Shown piece by piece: positions 58,705 to 64,000 of a DNA stretch of 64,000 bases; the stretch's first letter is position 1, and every line of letters starts with the position of its first letter. A program made the translations under genes and the position numbers. The stretch is from positions 967,658 through 1,031,657 of the forward strand of contig CP186953.1 in the NCBI GenBank assembly GCA_049570475.1. The letters run 5' to 3'. The notes under the pieces are model-generated. The model saw only the letters and a list, made by a program, of their open reading frames with translations. It was not told the origin of the DNA and did not search any database. Source of the stretch: Candidatus Methanosuratincola verstraetei (lineage in GTDB: Archaea > Thermoproteota > Methanomethylicia > Methanomethylicales > Methanomethylicaceae).

Positions 58705-59732
58705 AGCAGCCTTTCGAGACGATGCCGACGGTGCTCACAGCCGACGAGATAGTGGGCAAGATGCTGCGCGAATCTGACAAGGTCGAGGTCGAGCTCCCGC
58801 AGCGGCTCCCTGCCATAATGAAGGCGAAGCGGAGGGAGTCCTCCAGGGTCAGGGCATGTGAGCGCGTCTCAGCAGGATATCTGGAATCGCTGGTCCGTTC
58901 GGTCCCAACGATCGAGCGCCTCCACCCGTTCTACAGGGAGATCCTCGAGCTCCAGTGCGGCGTAGCAAACGTGAGGTCTGCGCTCGGGAGGATCAGCCGC
59001 GCAGCCAGGGTGATCCACGAGGTCGCCAAAGATGCCTCCAGGAGGATAAGGTCCGCGAGCACCCCGCAGGAAGCTGGCAAGGCGAGGCGGGCATTCCTTG
59101 GGAGGGCAGCCTCCATAATCAGGGACGCGAGGGGGGATCTCGAGCTGATAGCCGCAATGAGGGAGAAGATGAAAGACCTCCCTGCTGCAGACCCGTCCGT
59201 CCCCACTGTGGTCCTCGCGGGTTACCCTGGCGTGGGCAAGTCAACGATCCTCCGATCGATCTCGAGGGCAAAGCCCGAGGTGAGGCCCTACCCGTTCACG
59301 ACCAAAGAGCTGATGATAGGGCACGTCCTTATCGGGAGGCGCCTCATACAGGTTGTCGACACCCCTGGGATCTTGGACCGCCCCATGGATGAGATGAACC
59401 AAACCGAGCGCCTTTCGATAACCGCCCTCGGCAGGCTTGCCAACCTGATAGCCTTCATCGTAGACGCCTCGGAGGCGAACGGCTTCTCGCTCGAGAGCCA
59501 GCAATCGCTCAGGAGCGGGATATCTGGAGCCTTCCCAGAGCTGAAGATCCTGACATTCCTAAACAAGGCTGACGCCGCGAGCAAGGAGCAGCTGGATCGG
59601 GCGACCGCCATATTCGGGAAATCCGATCTCATGGCTGCCGCGAAGGGCGAGGGCTTGGAGGCATTCAAAAAGAGGGTTCTCGACGCCCTTGGTCCACTCG
59701 AGGGTCCCGAGTGGAGGGGCGAAGGCATTTGA
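58701..59732 (+). CDS. NOG1-type GTP-binding protein
   Basis: G1 GYPGVGKST, G3 DTPG, NKAD; Nog1-like N-terminal helical domain. Confidence 0.75.
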   Translation: MKQPFETMPTVLTADEIVGKMLRESDKVEVELPQRLPAIMKAKRRESSRVRACERVSAGYLESLVRSVPTIERLHPFYREILELQCGVANVRSALGRISRAARVIHEVAKDASRRIRSASTPQEAGKARRAFLGRAASIIRDARGDLELIAAMREKMKDLPAADPSVPTVVLAGYPGVGKSTILRSISRAKPEVRPYPFTTKELMIGHVLIGRRLIQVVDTPGILDRPMDEMNQTERLSITALGRLANLIAFIVDASEANGFSLESQQSLRSGISGAFPELKILTFLNKADAASKEQLDRATAIFGKSDLMAAAKGEGLEAFKKRVLDALGPLEGPEWRGEGI

Positions 59733-59805
59733 TCGATTCATGAATGCACCGATGGAAAGCGGATCTGCCACCCGGGTGGTTAGGAAGGGCTCCCGTCTGT
59801 CAGGG

Positions 59806-60870
59806 TCATTTTCTTGAGGGTGCCTTCCCCTCAACCTCTATAACAGCCCCGCCTCCCTTGAGCCTCTCGATCTCGAAACGGGTGCCAAGGAACTTTGAGC
59901 AAAGCCAAATCATTGTTTCCGAGTGGGGGGTGATCTTAGAGACCCCGATCTTCGACACGCCGCCCGCAAGCGCCACCAGGGGAATCAGCATATCGCCCAG
60001 GTGCGAGTCCAGAGCCATCCCGCTCTGGAGCTCTTCCAAGAGCTTTCCCGCTGCGATCTCTCCCACCTCTTCGGCCCTCCTCTCCTTCGATCCGAGCGCG
60101 TCTGCCCCGATCCTGAATTCAGTGCTCGTCTCAGCCCAAACCGCAATCCCGCTACCCGGTCCCCCAAGGGGGTTAGTTCCAGTCTCGATGACTATCCTTA
60201 TGTTCTCGTAGCCAGCCCTCCTTAGAGCACGCTCCGCTGAGGAGGCCTGCCTTGAGGCGACGTGGGACGGGAGGTTCGTGCAGTGCGAGATGCCCCTGAC
60301 GGTCTCGACTCTGCCTCTCTCCACTGCCTTAACTGGATTCAGCCCCTTTGAAGGTGCCACTGAAAGCCGCACCTCGCCCGCCCCCCTCGGGAAATGCCCC
60401 CTCCTAACCAGCTCCACAGATGCCTCGATGCCAATAATCTTAAACGCGGGTATGGCTACATTCCTGAAGTAATCCACTGGAGGGCTCCAGGGCACGTCCG
60501 TGCCGCCGACTATCTTCACCTCGGATGCGCCCTCAGCGAAAGCAAGTATCGGTACCAGTTCTTGGGCTACCAGCATGGCGCTCCCTGCGGTCCCGATCTC
60601 AAACGTGTAGGTGCCGCCAGCCACGGCGCCTGGGGAGAACCTGATCTCGCAACTGCCAAGCTCAGCGCCATCGAGGGTGCCCCCGGATACTTCGGCGGCC
60701 GCCTTCAGCCCCACGATGTGCTGGGGCTGCAGCCCTGGTTTTGGGCGCCTTGCCCTTATGTTGTAGACCCTAACGGGAGTCCTGGTCACACAGGAGAGGA
60801 ATACCGCGCCCCTGAGGATCTGACCTCCCCCTTCCCCGTAGGATCCGTCCACCTCAATCATCTTGACCAC
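59806..60870 (-). CDS. rtcA: RNA 3'-terminal phosphate cyclase
   Basis: RtcA N-terminus (IEVDGSYGEGGGQILRGA) and His-adenylylation region. Confidence 0.85.
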   Translation of the reverse strand: MVKMIEVDGSYGEGGGQILRGAVFLSCVTRTPVRVYNIRARRPKPGLQPQHIVGLKAAAEVSGGTLDGAELGSCEIRFSPGAVAGGTYTFEIGTAGSAMLVAQELVPILAFAEGASEVKIVGGTDVPWSPPVDYFRNVAIPAFKIIGIEASVELVRRGHFPRGAGEVRLSVAPSKGLNPVKAVERGRVETVRGISHCTNLPSHVASRQASSAERALRRAGYENIRIVIETGTNPLGGPGSGIAVWAETSTEFRIGADALGSKERRAEEVGEIAAGKLLEELQSGMALDSHLGDMLIPLVALAGGVSKIGVSKITPHSETMIWLCSKFLGTRFEIERLKGGGAVIEVEGKAPSRK

Positions 60871-60883
60871 CTGATCTCATCTT

Positions 60884-62006
<1,123 letters not shown>

Positions 62007-62106
62007 TCAATCACCCGCAGGGCAAATAAAAGAGTTCTCACGCCTGGCTCGCCAAGGGGATGTTTTTATGTGAATGGCGGGCATATGCCGTTTGGGATGC
62101 AGCCGA

Positions 62107-62871
62107 TCACCACTTGAGTCTGACCAGGCTCCCGACCTTTGCACCTGTTAGTGATCGTGCGCTCCCCCTGTCGACGGCGATCTCATAGAATCCGGAGCTA
62201 CCCACCAGCACCCCCAGGCCGTCTTTCAGGTCTGAGAACGTCCTGGCTTTTGTGGCAGCAAATGTTTTGCCCTCAACAACCAGATCCACATTGCCTTCGA
62301 GCTCCACATCACTCCCGCGAAGGCTGATGGTAAGGTTCCCGAACCTGTCCGCGTATATGACCTCGCAGTCTGCGCTCCTTTCCCCAAGTCTCTTCCAGAA
62401 TTCCAGCCTCTCCCAGCGCTCGACCCCCCTCCCTGAATCGCTTATCGGGCTTCCTGAGGCGATCATAGCCGCAGCCGGCGCGAAAATGTCCCTCCCTTGG
62501 AATGTGCTGGACACCTCCTTGAGCATGAACCTTGGGCTGCTGATCTCGAACGCTTCCTCCACGCCATCCTCCTCTGACGCCGGGGAAAGCACGCCGTTGT
62601 CTGGGCCGACGAAGATGTATCTCCTTGTCTTCAGCGCAAGGGCCTTCCTGCCGGTTCCGACCCCTGGATCCACAACTACGACGTGGATCGTCCCCTCTGG
62701 AAAGTACTTGTAGGAGGAAAGCAGCACAAAGGCTGCAGACTTGACGTCCCATGCCTCCACTTCATGCGTGAGGTCCACAACATCAGCCTGCGGGGCAATC
62801 CGCTTAATTACCCCCTTCATGATCCCGGCGTAGTGCCCCCCGAAGTCCGTGGTGAGCGTCACAATGGTCAT
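62107..62871 (-). CDS. S-adenosylmethionine hydroxide adenosyltransferase (DUF62, fluorinase-like)
   Basis: N-terminus TIVTLTTDFG and conserved DUF62 core. Confidence 0.75.
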   Translation of the reverse strand: MTIVTLTTDFGGHYAGIMKGVIKRIAPQADVVDLTHEVEAWDVKSAAFVLLSSYKYFPEGTIHVVVVDPGVGTGRKALALKTRRYIFVGPDNGVLSPASEEDGVEEAFEISSPRFMLKEVSSTFQGRDIFAPAAAMIASGSPISDSGRGVERWERLEFWKRLGERSADCEVIYADRFGNLTISLRGSDVELEGNVDLVVEGKTFAATKARTFSDLKDGLGVLVGSSGFYEIAVDRGSARSLTGAKVGSLVRLKW

Positions 62872-62937
62872 CTTTCGTGCTGCCCCTTTCGAAACCTATA
62901 TTAAAAGATCCTATGATATTACGTTGAGGTTTGGCTT

Positions 62938-64000
62938 ATGAGCTTACCCCAACTTATCATGCTGCCGGGTCCGACCAATGTCCCGGCACGCGTTTATTCG
63001 GCTATGTGCAAGCCGATGATAAACCACAGGGGGGCAGAGTTCCACCAGCTCCACTCGAGGATCCTCGAGAATGCAAAAAAAGTCTTCCAGACGGAGAACG
63101 ACCTCTTCGTCCTGACTTCGTCCGGTACAGGCGGTGTTGAGTGCGCGGCTAGCAACTTCCTGCTTCCCGGCGAGAAGATAGTGGTCCCGGTCGGAGGGAC
63201 GTTCGGAGAGAGGCTTGCGGATGCATTCCGCACGTACGGTGCGAATGTCGTCCCAATTGAGGTCAAAATGGGATCCACGCCGACCGCGGACCAAGTGCGC
63301 GAAGCCCTTGCGAGGGAAAGGGATGCCAAGGCAGTCGCGGTGGTATACAACGAGACCTCAACCGGCACGACCGTGAGGGAGCTGCAGAAGATAGGCGAGG
63401 TAGCCAAATCCTCCGGGGCTCTCTTCATTGTTGACGCGATCTCAGTACTGGGCGGCGACGACCTCCCTGTGGACAAGTGGGGGATTGACGTCTGCATAAC
63501 TGCCTCCCAGAAATGCCTCGCGACCCCGCCAGGTCTTGCACTGATCTCCGTCAGCAAGGAGGCATGGAGGCTCGCAGAAAGGGCAAAGCCGAGGAGCGAG
63601 TACTTCAGCCTCATAAAGTGCAGGAAGTTCAGGGATGAGAAGATGGAAACCCCATTCACACCTGCCGTAAGCCTCTTCTTTGCCCTAGACGAGGCACTGC
63701 AGATTATACTCGAGACCGGTCTTGAGAAGTGGATAGGCAGGCACAAGAAGGCGTCCGCAGCATATTACGCTGCATTCAGCAAGATGGGTCTCGGCTTCTT
63801 CGCCGAGGAGAGGAGCAGATCCACTGTTGTGATAGCCATAAACATGCCCCAGGGGATCTCCGCAAAAGAGCTGAGGGAAAGGCTGAGGACCAAGTATGGG
63901 GTGGTTGTCGCAGGGGGTTTCGGGTCCCTCAAGGATGCGATCTTCAGGATAGGCAACATGGGGATAGTCACCCCGAGGGAGGTCCTGACCACGATCTCAT
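62938..64000 (+). CDS. class V aminotransferase (serine-pyruvate/alanine-glyoxylate type); 3'-truncated by the window edge
   Basis: LPGPTNVPARV N-terminus and PLP-fold pattern; runs off the window. Confidence 0.75.
   Translation, partial: MSLPQLIMLPGPTNVPARVYSAMCKPMINHRGAEFHQLHSRILENAKKVFQTENDLFVLTSSGTGGVECAASNFLLPGEKIVVPVGGTFGERLADAFRTYGANVVPIEVKMGSTPTADQVREALARERDAKAVAVVYNETSTGTTVRELQKIGEVAKSSGALFIVDAISVLGGDDLPVDKWGIDVCITASQKCLATPPGLALISVSKEAWRLAERAKPRSEYFSLIKCRKFRDEKMETPFTPAVSLFFALDEALQIILETGLEKWIGRHKKASAAYYAAFSKMGLGFFAEERSRSTVVIAINMPQGISAKELRERLRTKYGVVVAGGFGSLKDAIFRIGNMGIVTPREVLTTIS

Noticed and set aside
62994-63746. 250-aa minus-strand ORF
   Set aside because: Antisense to the class V aminotransferase, which has a clear N-terminal motif.

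Overview
This is an archaeal (euryarchaeal-type) chromosomal segment of about 58% GC. It is densely packed with housekeeping genes. Diagnostic archaeal markers are present: Orc1/Cdc6 next to the PolD small subunit, class I LysRS, SepRS, a Nog1 GTPase, diphthine synthase, Taw1, a proteasome beta subunit, an XPB–Bax1 pair, and CTP-dependent RibL/RibK. I identify 9 tRNA genes by hand-folding; 4 of them carry introns (Leu, Ser, Glu, Met/Ile-CAU). There is no rRNA and no CRISPR array.

Accessory or unusual content:
- An AT-rich islet next to tRNA-Ser carries two small wHTH genes, each preceded by a perfect inverted repeat.
- A secreted subtilisin sits between AT-rich flanks and is followed by a decayed IS200/IS605 tnpB fragment.
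- An ESCRT-III/PspA-superfamily protein lies at 30345..30980.
- The most interesting feature is a compact five-gene cluster at about 35.9–39.8 kb. It encodes a Spo0M/arrestin-like protein, an SPFH (band-7, COG4260-type) protein with three C-terminal zinc ribbons, and further zinc-ribbon, helical and small proteins. It resembles the bacterial PspA-associated YdjGHI membrane module but is, to my knowledge, uncharacterised in archaea.
- A CTP-dependent FAD synthetase (ribL) reading frame carries an in-frame TGA five codons after its only possible ATG.

All calls rest on motif and architecture recognition by eye. No database searches were run.
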